From the IMG/VR virus record IMGVR_UViG_2925908680_000008: DNA of 23,582 nt; one strand, 5' to 3'. The position numbers were made by a program, and so were the translations under genes. Each line of letters starts with the position of its first letter. The first letter of the stretch is position 1. Under the pieces are notes generated by a model that had not been told where the DNA came from, did not search any database, and worked only from the letters and a program-made list of their open reading frames with translations. This document shows, one piece after another, positions 15,968 to 23,582 of this stretch. Source of the stretch: a virus (lineage: Duplodnaviria; Heunggongvirae; Uroviricota; Caudoviricetes).

Positions 15968-17773
15968 TTATGTTCTGTCGTTAATCCCTGTTGCTGCTGG
16001 CAACCAGCTATCAGCATCATCATCTAACAGAACATTTGTTATCACTCGCCCTTTATCCTGGCCTTTAGTGCATTTAGCCCGCTTATACTCCTTTCCGTAT
16101 TCCGCCATAGCACCAGGCATATCAGTGCCAAAGCGTTTCAGTGATACTGGTTTTCCCAGACCATGCGCTGACATATAGGCTAAATAAGCATGATACAGAT
16201 ATCGCCTCGGGCTAAATGGCACTATTCCCGCATTGCCCACCATCATTCCTTCACATTTAACCAACGACATCAGATAGCCGCAAAAGTCCACCAGTGAATC
16301 ACCCTCACGTTTTATCATCAGAGCCTCTTCTGATTTCTGCTGCTCATATAACAGACGTCTGGCTTCATCCTGGTCAGAAAAACGAGTAAGCAGGTGGCGA
16401 ATAACTACCGCCAGTTCGCCTTCTATTTTTTCCACCAGCATGGGATCGCGTTCGTTCTCCGGTACGACCTCAGAGAAATTAAATATCACCCTACGACGCG
16501 AGATCCCCCCGCTTCGGTCACTGAATGACATGGCGTTATTGTTTACTGCCAGCACTACCGCCGGAATACGAGTGGAGTATGGGGCTTTATGTTTCGGGTC
16601 GATCGCCACCTTGTCACCACCAGTAATTGCCTTAATTCCTGCACCATCTCCAGCGTAGCGGGCCATATCCGGCATGATAATCAGCGAAAAGCCAACGACT
16701 AACGCGCGTTCCCTTGCGTCTTCCAGCGCCTTCATGCTTGCCGATACTGTATTGACCTTACCCGCCAGCATGGTACAAATCTCCGCCATCACACTTTTAC
16801 CGCTTCCGCCCGGCCCCGTTACCTCAAGGAATAACTGCCAGTCGTACCGGTTCGCCAGTACCATGAATAATGCCGCCAGTACGCGATCTGCTTTACGATC
16901 GTTATTTGCCACCGAACGACGCAGCCACTTCCAGAAATTCGGCGCATGTGTTGCCAGCGTTTCCCCCTCTGCTGGTGGGCTGAACGGTAATTCACTGGCA
17001 TTTAACAACCAGTCATTTTTGTTATGCTCCCGAAAATTTCCTGTCCGGGTATCAAATACCCCGTTACTGAATCCAATAAGATTCCTGTCTGCCCCGCCCA
17101 TAACAGGCAGGCTCAATTTCATTGTGTCTACGGCAAATTTAATGGCGTTTTGCGAATAACTGATTCCAGCATCAATAAAAATCTTCGCCATAGATCGCTG
17201 GAGTTCCTTATCAGATACAGGCTCCCAGACAATTCCGTTGTAATGGTGAACTACATCAGAATCGTCATTTATAGCCAGTGCCCTTCCATAATATTCAAGC
17301 AATACTTCCCCTCTCTGGCTGGCTCCCATCTGATTTAGTGCTGGCCTGGGTAGGTCACTATTTTTTGTGACTAATTTCATCGCTGAAACTTCCCCGCGCT
17401 CTGCCTGTTCGCGGATCCGTTGCAGGTAATCGCGCCAGTTCTCCGGCTCCCGGTCGGTGATGCCTTTGTATAATTTCGCCTCCTGTACGCCAGCCAGTGC
17501 CAGTTTTTCAGCGATAGTATTGATCTGGATTGGCTCTATCTCCCCCGCGAGATAGACACGCGCAAAGCGGCGTTCATCGTCGACAATGCGGATATTCGCC
17601 AGGTCTGCCAGTTGCTTTGGCCCCAGATAAACAGGTGGCACGTTATCGCCGTGTTTTCGTCCTTCGCTTTCAATCCAGTGTTGAGCATGGGAGTAAGCGT
17701 CCGTCCCGGCAAAAATGATTACCTCAGTGAATTTATCCTTCGGCTGATATTTCAAATTCGGTGCGTTTTTCAC
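15968..17773 (-). CDS. replication initiation primase/helicase-like protein, copy 2
   Basis: Duplicate of 3612-5417. Confidence 0.75.
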   Translation of the reverse strand: MKNAPNLKYQPKDKFTEVIIFAGTDAYSHAQHWIESEGRKHGDNVPPVYLGPKQLADLANIRIVDDERRFARVYLAGEIEPIQINTIAEKLALAGVQEAKLYKGITDREPENWRDYLQRIREQAERGEVSAMKLVTKNSDLPRPALNQMGASQRGEVLLEYYGRALAINDDSDVVHHYNGIVWEPVSDKELQRSMAKIFIDAGISYSQNAIKFAVDTMKLSLPVMGGADRNLIGFSNGVFDTRTGNFREHNKNDWLLNASELPFSPPAEGETLATHAPNFWKWLRRSVANNDRKADRVLAALFMVLANRYDWQLFLEVTGPGGSGKSVMAEICTMLAGKVNTVSASMKALEDARERALVVGFSLIIMPDMARYAGDGAGIKAITGGDKVAIDPKHKAPYSTRIPAVVLAVNNNAMSFSDRSGGISRRRVIFNFSEVVPENERDPMLVEKIEGELAVVIRHLLTRFSDQDEARRLLYEQQKSEEALMIKREGDSLVDFCGYLMSLVKCEGMMVGNAGIVPFSPRRYLYHAYLAYMSAHGLGKPVSLKRFGTDMPGAMAEYGKEYKRAKCTKGQDKGRVITNVLLDDDADSWLPAATGINDRT

Positions 17774-18060
17774 TTCTTACCTCCCGCAACCAACATTGCT
17801 CGGATTTTTTTAATATTCGTGGCTGCACGTCTCGCCACCGCCTGTTGTTTGTTTTCCATCAGAATAAAATCACGATCAAACTGACGGCGCGGCATTACGC
17901 AGTCATATTCGTAAGCCTCACGGCGGTAGGTGATATTGCCTGGCGTAACGTGACGAATAACCACTCGTCCCCCGCGTCTGGTGTCGCGGTAAATATCGCC
18001 GTGTCTGATTTCAGGCCGAGCGGGGCCGCTGGCAGTAAAGCCAGAATTTTTCTGTTTCAT
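17770..18060 (-). CDS. hypothetical basic protein (96 aa), copy 2
   Basis: Duplicate of 5414-5704. Confidence 0.5.
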   Translation of the reverse strand: MKQKNSGFTASGPARPEIRHGDIYRDTRRGGRVVIRHVTPGNITYRREAYEYDCVMPRRQFDRDFILMENKQQAVARRAATNIKKIRAMLVAGGKK

Positions 18061-18064
18061 GGTT

Positions 18065-18265
18065 TTATTTTCCTGTCAGCAGTTCCGGTTTTATTTCCGC
18101 ACGAATACAGAGTTCAGAAAAAAATTCAGGAGAACCAACAATCTCATTACTTTTCAGTCGGCATTGTGATTTCACTTTTCCTTTATCCAGGTAAACCAGT
18201 ATGCGTCCGGTGAAATCATCTGGCGCACTCAGGGTAATTGTCATTGTTGCTTGCTGATTATCCAT
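18065..18265 (-). CDS. hypothetical protein (66 aa), copy 2
   Basis: Duplicate of 5709-5909. Confidence 0.45.
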   Translation of the reverse strand: MDNQQATMTITLSAPDDFTGRILVYLDKGKVKSQCRLKSNEIVGSPEFFSELCIRAEIKPELLTGK

Positions 18266-18623
18266 AATTCACCCCCTGAATAACCTGATAACCGCAACTG
18301 GTCAGCAATTCGATAAATTCCGGCAGTGTTCCGAAACAGCAATCATCTCGCAGCCGTTCTCGGGATACTTCAACGCCGTTTTCGTAGTGACTCACCATGC
18401 GTCCGGTAAAATGCAAATCATCATCGTGATGGCACGTTGACGGTTTAATCAGTCGCGCACGCTCTGCCAGTTCCAGCAATGCTTCAACACTTCCGGCAAT
18501 TGCACCATCCGGCAGGTGGTAATTACGCACTATGCGCCCGTTCTCCACATGGACCAGTAGCTGCCCGGTAAATATCTCGTCAAACTGAATGCTGTTAAGG
18601 TCAGAAATTGACAGGTTATGCAT
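18258..18623 (-). CDS. hypothetical protein (121 aa), copy 2
   Basis: Duplicate of 5902-6267. Confidence 0.5.
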   Translation of the reverse strand: MHNLSISDLNSIQFDEIFTGQLLVHVENGRIVRNYHLPDGAIAGSVEALLELAERARLIKPSTCHHDDDLHFTGRMVSHYENGVEVSRERLRDDCCFGTLPEFIELLTSCGYQVIQGVNYG

Positions 18624-18981
18624 GGTGCACCTCCTGGCGAATACGGGCAGCGAATACCATCACGCAGCCATCAGGAGATTGCTGGCGTGCTTCCTGTTCG
18701 CTGGTGGCCTCGATGTGAATTACACGCGGTTGTGCCGTACTCAGGGCGATAAAACGCCAGATAAAATTGTTCTCGCATTTCTGAATAAACAGCGTGTTTT
18801 CTTCGCGCCCTTTCCATGTTGCCGAGATATAGCCCATGTCATTGAGCATCTCGCAGGCATCAACCAGCGTATCGGCGGCTACGTGTACAGTGTTTTTACC
18901 GTCAGCTATGCAATCACGGTGCACCGCCAGGAAGGTGTATATAAATTTAGGGTGAGTTTGGGTATGCTGTGTTCCAGCCAT
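18616..18981 (-). CDS. hypothetical protein (121 aa), copy 2
   Basis: Duplicate of 6260-6625. Confidence 0.5.
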   Translation of the reverse strand: MAGTQHTQTHPKFIYTFLAVHRDCIADGKNTVHVAADTLVDACEMLNDMGYISATWKGREENTLFIQKCENNFIWRFIALSTAQPRVIHIEATSEQEARQQSPDGCVMVFAARIRQEVHHA

Positions 18982-19168
18982 AATCGTTACCTCGTTTAAC
19001 GGTTTGGTTAGACGCCCCGCTACTGCCGCAAACAGTTCGGGGCGTTGTCGTTTACATCCTCTTACTGAGGTGTGATTTAAATTAAATTCAACTGAATCAC
19101 AGGTCAAGTATTTTTTGTGATTCTTTTTTGTGTATACTGAATCACATCTTTTGTTTAGGAGAATGCAC

Positions 19169-19474
19169 ATGGCAAAAAACACTATCAACGACAAATCAAA
19201 ACAGATTTCAATTCGTATCCCACATGATGCTTTTGATGGCATGGAATCCGTAAAACTGGACGGCGAAAGCAACGCCGGATTCATAGTAACCGCCATGCGC
19301 GGTGAGATCGCCCGCCGCCAGGCAGAAGGAAGAGGAGAAAACCCCCTGGTTTCTTCGCTCGATGCACTGGCGCAGGTGGAAAAAATCGGTGTCAAAGCTG
19401 CCGAGGAGATCGGGCAACTCGTCACCGTCGCGCGTGAAGAACTCCAGCGACGCAAGGTCAAAGAGCAGGAATAG
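19169..19474 (+). CDS. putative ribbon-helix-helix regulator, copy 2
   Basis: Duplicate of 6813-7118. Confidence 0.45.
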   Translation: MAKNTINDKSKQISIRIPHDAFDGMESVKLDGESNAGFIVTAMRGEIARRQAEGRGENPLVSSLDALAQVEKIGVKAAEEIGQLVTVAREELQRRKVKEQE

Positions 19475-19531
19475 CCACTATCAGCGCCATAGTTTGAGGA
19501 ACGCAGGCGCATTGCTTTACAGGACAGCACC

Positions 19532-19711
19532 ATGAGCGACACAGAATCAACCAAAACACCATCACCAACTCGTAAGAGACGACGCAAAAATATAGCGCAT
19601 GAACATGAATCAGAAAGATTCGCACCTTGTTCGTTTGCTCTTGAGAAATTCCTTAAAGAGCACAGGAAAAAGCTCTCGTTGCAAACCTTGGAACGAACCA
19701 AATCTGACTGA
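19532..19711 (+). CDS. small basic hypothetical protein, copy 2
   Basis: Duplicate of 7176-7355. Confidence 0.3.
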   Translation: MSDTESTKTPSPTRKRRRKNIAHEHESERFAPCSFALEKFLKEHRKKLSLQTLERTKSD

Positions 19712-20112
19712 TCACATTGCCCACCAGCCGCAAATGTGGCATTGTTGGTGATGCGTTCAAGTTTGATTTGCCGTAATACCCACTGGCGACCCTCTGCGGT
19801 CGCCTTTGTTTTATCCAGAACGAAATCAGACATCAGATTGATCAGCACCTGGCGACCTGACAAAATCGTATCGGTCGCGCCACCAGCAAAATTTTTTGCT
19901 TTCCGGACGATGTGGCCAACGGTATTTTGCAGCAAAATATTCTGCATTTCTGGCGTGCTGTGGCGACGGTGATCAGCGCCTTCACATTGAACGAACTTGT
20001 CGCTAAAATTCACCCACATAGCAAACATCGCGGTGCTGTAGGTAATTCGTTCACAAAGGCGCTCCGGCAACGGGGCGCTTTCTCTTTTTGTAACGGTCAG
20101 AGCGTTACACAT
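19711..20112 (-). CDS. hypothetical protein coupled to ant, 3' end undefined, copy 2
   Basis: Duplicate of 7355-7756. Confidence 0.4.
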
Positions 20113-20905
20113 GGCTGTTTTCCTCCATGCGACGGGCTAACCAACGCTGCGAAAGACGAATTAATTCAGCTTTCCGCTGGTGGTAGTCCTGGCCTAACTC
20201 AATCAGCGTGATATTGCTCCGCTCAAGGTAAGAAAGGTGCTCAAGCTGCAACGTGCTCATGTGGTCGCGTGGTTCACCTGTGATGCCGTTCGCCTGCGCC
20301 CACTGTTTTGCAGTCATGCCACCCAGCACGATACGCGCCAGCATATTGGCTTCCGTGGTGTAGTGGTGCTGTAGAGTGTTTTTACCCAGTTCAGTCCGGT
20401 ACGCCTCCAGCGCGGCGCACATCGGCTTAAAGTAGCTGGCAACGGTGATACGGGCTTTCAGTTCCCTGCGTAACGCTGCGGAACGCACTGGCGCTACCTT
20501 GTGTAGCTCCTCCTCGCATTTGATGAAGTACTGACGAACGGCACGGCCCTGTTCGGTGCGTTCGACCATCGCCAGTTCTTTTGCCATGTTCACGGTGATG
20601 ATGTACTCAAGAGCGGTTTGCTGGCGAGATTTTGCGCTCACCGGATCGGGTCGGCTCAAATATTCAACAACTTCATAATCCACGCCTTCCGTGAAGCCGT
20701 ATTCTTCAATGCGCCCCTTGATCCACGAACGGAAAACGCGCCCTACACCTAACGCCTTATGCAACGCTCTGGCGCTAACAATATTGGTTTCACGCCCGCC
20801 AATAACGCCGGAAATAACCGGGATAATTTCGCCAAAATTTTGCAGATTCTGGTTTTCAGGCCGAACGAAGCCCTGCCCCTGTACGGGCGTTTTTCGCAGT
20901 TTCAT
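20105..20905 (-). CDS. phage antirepressor-like protein, copy 2
   Basis: Duplicate of 7749-8549. Confidence 0.6.
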   Translation of the reverse strand: MKLRKTPVQGQGFVRPENQNLQNFGEIIPVISGVIGGRETNIVSARALHKALGVGRVFRSWIKGRIEEYGFTEGVDYEVVEYLSRPDPVSAKSRQQTALEYIITVNMAKELAMVERTEQGRAVRQYFIKCEEELHKVAPVRSAALRRELKARITVASYFKPMCAALEAYRTELGKNTLQHHYTTEANMLARIVLGGMTAKQWAQANGITGEPRDHMSTLQLEHLSYLERSNITLIELGQDYHQRKAELIRLSQRWLARRMEENSHV

Positions 20906-20983
20906 AAAAACTCCTGCTATCGAATTAAGTTACTTTTATTTGCTGGTGGATAGCTGGGGGCTTCTGGCCCCGTAGCCATTTAA

Positions 20984-21181
20984 TCAGGTAGCTGTTCCGC
21001 GTGATTCAGCAATACGCTGATTAATCCACTCGTCAATTTCACTCTCAACGAAAGCAATAGCTCGCGAGCCAATTTTAACTGATGCAGGAAATTTACCTTG
21101 CCCCATAAGGCGATAAATCCATGCCTTGCTATATCCAGTTCTACGCTGAACTTCTGTTAAACGAATAAGCGTATTTGACAT
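20984..21181 (-). CDS. alpA: AlpA-family regulator, copy 2
   Basis: Duplicate of 8628-8825. Confidence 0.85.
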   Translation of the reverse strand: MSNTLIRLTEVQRRTGYSKAWIYRLMGQGKFPASVKIGSRAIAFVESEIDEWINQRIAESRGTAT

Positions 21182-21249
21182 ATATTTACCTCATAACGTC
21201 TACTCAATTTGACGAGGTAATCCTGGCACAGAAATAACGAATATTTTCA

Positions 21250-21426
21250 TACCCTCAGGCCTAATGGTTACCGGAAGGAAATTAACCCTAAGGGTGATGG
21301 TAATCGGAAGGAAATTAACCCTAAGGGTGATGGTAATCGGGAGGAAATCTACCCTAAGGGTGATGGTAAAATTGACGGGGAAGATAAAAAAATACCCTCA
21401 GGGTAACAGTAAATCACCCTCAGGGT
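21250..21426. promoter_or_regulatory. palindromic 33-bp repeat array upstream of alpA, copy 2
   Basis: Duplicate of 8894-9070. Confidence 0.55.
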
Positions 21427-21441
21427 ATGCGGTATGGTGCG

Positions 21442-22239
21442 TTAATCCGGCTTTGCGTTCTTTTGGCTGTTGTCTCGGTTAATAGGGCAGGCAGTCCTCT
21501 CTATGAGCGTTGCAAGTGCATTACTTGCCCCCCACTGCTTAAGCTCCCTGGTTATCGCTTCTTGATTTCCCCTGGTGGCAAAATCATTTTCTGGATCGTA
21601 ATTGGCCCACTCTCTGTTTCTAATCTCAATAGCCTTAGCTAATGGGTCTTTATCCCAGTATTTATATAAGTGTATCGGGCGCTCTTGCTCTAACTGCTCT
21701 ATCCTTGCCCTTAACTCTGCGTTTTCTTTTTCCAGCATTGCGATTTGGGATAATAAATCATCCTCTGTACGCAACTCTTTCTTTTCAATATCGCGTCCTT
21801 GTGCCTCGTCATTTTCAGAAGAGTTAGCGCCTTCCAGCTTCGTTAACGCGTCAAGGACATCGGGAAAAATTGCGAAAATTTCACCCCTTATAAATCCAAT
21901 GTTCTCAAATTCGGGATCTTCCCAATAACCGGACACCAGAAAACCATTTTCATCCCTCTCACCAGGTAAACAACCACGTTTCCGAACCGCATTCAGATTT
22001 CTATAAAGAACATCATAATCAAATTCATCCCGATACGGGTTACAAAAAGATTCCAACAGCTTAAATTCATTTACTGTGTACAGGCGGATATGTTCTCCGC
22101 TTATTCTCCTGAGTATCCAAGTTATGACATCTGAAACATCATAATCATCACCAGCGACCTTAAGCACGACCTCAAGAAATTCACGTAAAGAAATAAAATC
22201 TTTTTTGTATTCGTTTAATTCGGCATGAATATCAATCAT
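21442..22239 (-). CDS. uncharacterised cargo protein (265 aa), copy 2
   Basis: Duplicate of 9086-9883. Confidence 0.55.
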   Translation of the reverse strand: MIDIHAELNEYKKDFISLREFLEVVLKVAGDDYDVSDVITWILRRISGEHIRLYTVNEFKLLESFCNPYRDEFDYDVLYRNLNAVRKRGCLPGERDENGFLVSGYWEDPEFENIGFIRGEIFAIFPDVLDALTKLEGANSSENDEAQGRDIEKKELRTEDDLLSQIAMLEKENAELRARIEQLEQERPIHLYKYWDKDPLAKAIEIRNREWANYDPENDFATRGNQEAITRELKQWGASNALATLIERTACPINRDNSQKNAKPD

Positions 22240-22367
22240 ACGCACACCTCAGCGTCCTCTACTGTAGTGGCTGTACCAGTCCGTCGAGGTGTACGGATTT
22301 TCGGGAGCGACCCTAGACACAGCCTTTTCTTTCGTCGCTCAAAGTCTACTACTGTATACGCAACCAG

Positions 22368-23582
22368 TCATCCACATTTTCCGAACTTGCCATGCACCAC
22401 GTTACCGCCATGCTCGAGCGAATCCATATAGTCGGCATACCACTGGAGCATCTCCCGGCGACCATCCAGATATTGCGCATGGTTGTATGTGCCACGAATT
22501 GAGTTTTTATCGACGTGTGCGAGCTGCGTCTCTATCCACGCGGTGTTATAGCCCTGCTCATGCAAAATGGTGCTCATGGTGTGCCGGAATCCATGACCAG
22601 TAACGCGCCCGGCATAGCCGATACGACGAATGAGCACATTCATCGCCATTTCACTCATTGGCTTACTGTGGTGAATACGACCGGGGAAAATAAACTGATA
22701 CTGGCCTGTCATGTTTTTTAACTGCTCCAGTATTTTTATTGCCTGTTCTGGTAATGGCACGCAATGCGGACGGCGCATCTTCATTCGTTCTTTAGGCACT
22801 TCCCACAAACGATTATCAAAATCGATCTCCTGCCATTCTGCCTGCCGTAATTCCCCGGGTCTGACACCTGTCAGAATTAATAGCCGCATTGCCAGTTTGA
22901 CGATCTGGCTTCCGGTGTACGTATTAAAAACGCGGAAAAATTCCGGCAGTTCGTCGGCCTTCAAATAGGCGTAATGCTCTTTTTTATGTGGAGCAAATGC
23001 GCTCACCAGATCAGGGGCTGGATTATATTCGGCGCGTCCGGTGATGATTGCGTACCGGAACACCTCGCCGCATCGCTGGCGAACCTTACGCAATTTTTCA
23101 GTCGCACCACGGTCATTAAGACGGGAAAGAACCGCCAGCAATTCCATCGGCTTAATTTCTGCGATCGGCCTACCGCCAATGTACGGAAAAACATCTTTTT
23201 CAAACGTCTCGATCATTTCCTCGGCGTATGACGATGACCACCTGTCGATCCGCTTTTCGTACCATTCGCGAGCAATACCCTCAAAAGTATTGCCAAATTT
23301 GCTCGCCTGTTCTCGCTTTTGGGCTTTTCTGGCCTCACTTGGATTTATACCACCAGCAAGAAGCCTTTTAGCCTCATCCCTTGCCGCCCTGGCATCAGAC
23401 AGGGACACATCAGGGTACACACCCAACGACAACATTTTGGGCTTTCCTGCAAACCTGTAGCGCAGTCGCCACCCTTTCGAACCGTTCGGCTCAATGAGCA
23501 ACGAAAGCCCGTTACCGTCATTGAGTGTATAAGCCTTTTCTTTCGGCTTCGCGCGCCTGATGGCAAGGTCTGAAAGCAGCAT
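22368..23582 (-). CDS. int: P4-type tyrosine integrase, copy 2 (window ends at its start codon)
   Basis: Identical 404-aa translation to 10012-11226. Confidence 0.9.
   Translation of the reverse strand: MLLSDLAIRRAKPKEKAYTLNDGNGLSLLIEPNGSKGWRLRYRFAGKPKMLSLGVYPDVSLSDARAARDEAKRLLAGGINPSEARKAQKREQASKFGNTFEGIAREWYEKRIDRWSSSYAEEMIETFEKDVFPYIGGRPIAEIKPMELLAVLSRLNDRGATEKLRKVRQRCGEVFRYAIITGRAEYNPAPDLVSAFAPHKKEHYAYLKADELPEFFRVFNTYTGSQIVKLAMRLLILTGVRPGELRQAEWQEIDFDNRLWEVPKERMKMRRPHCVPLPEQAIKILEQLKNMTGQYQFIFPGRIHHSKPMSEMAMNVLIRRIGYAGRVTGHGFRHTMSTILHEQGYNTAWIETQLAHVDKNSIRGTYNHAQYLDGRREMLQWYADYMDSLEHGGNVVHGKFGKCG

Larger units (their letters stand above)
12359..23582. mobile_element. P4-family / PICI-like phage satellite, unit copy 2 (body only, ends at int start codon)
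   Basis: ORF track proteins identical to copy 1 at constant offset; two A-run indels are the only differences noticed. Confidence 0.7.

Noticed and set aside
1-23582. tRNA, rRNA or IS element
   Set aside because: No cloverleaf-compatible tRNA 3' end (GGTTCGANTCC...CCA) or transposase-like ORF with terminal inverted repeats was recognised by eye; cannot be fully excluded without a tRNA scan.

Overview
The window holds about 1.9 head-to-tail copies of one ~12.36 kb integrative element. Copy 1 is 1-11226, a unique junction is 11227-12358, and copy 2 is 12359-23582. The two copies are identical at the protein level except for two single-base A-run length differences. By gene content this is a P4-family / PICI-like phage satellite, with almost every gene on the minus strand: a tyrosine integrase, a low-GC cargo gene, AlpA, an AntA/Rha-like antirepressor, a divergently transcribed small putative ribbon-helix-helix regulator, a cluster of small translationally coupled genes leading into a P-loop primase/helicase-type replication protein, an iteron origin, a ProQ/FinO-domain protein coupled to a PerC-family regulator, and a terminal operon ending in a small-terminase-like HTH protein. 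No rRNA, tRNA, CRISPR array or IS element was recognised. The points most worth follow-up are the tandem duplication itself, a very high density of Chi octamers, the uncharacterised cargo gene between int and alpA, three distinct repeat arrays (palindromic 33-bp repeats upstream of alpA, the origin iterons, and a TTGACAC array in the junction), and an ORF downstream of ant that has no stop codon for 498 codons. All protein family calls are from reading the translations by eye; no database search or computation was run.
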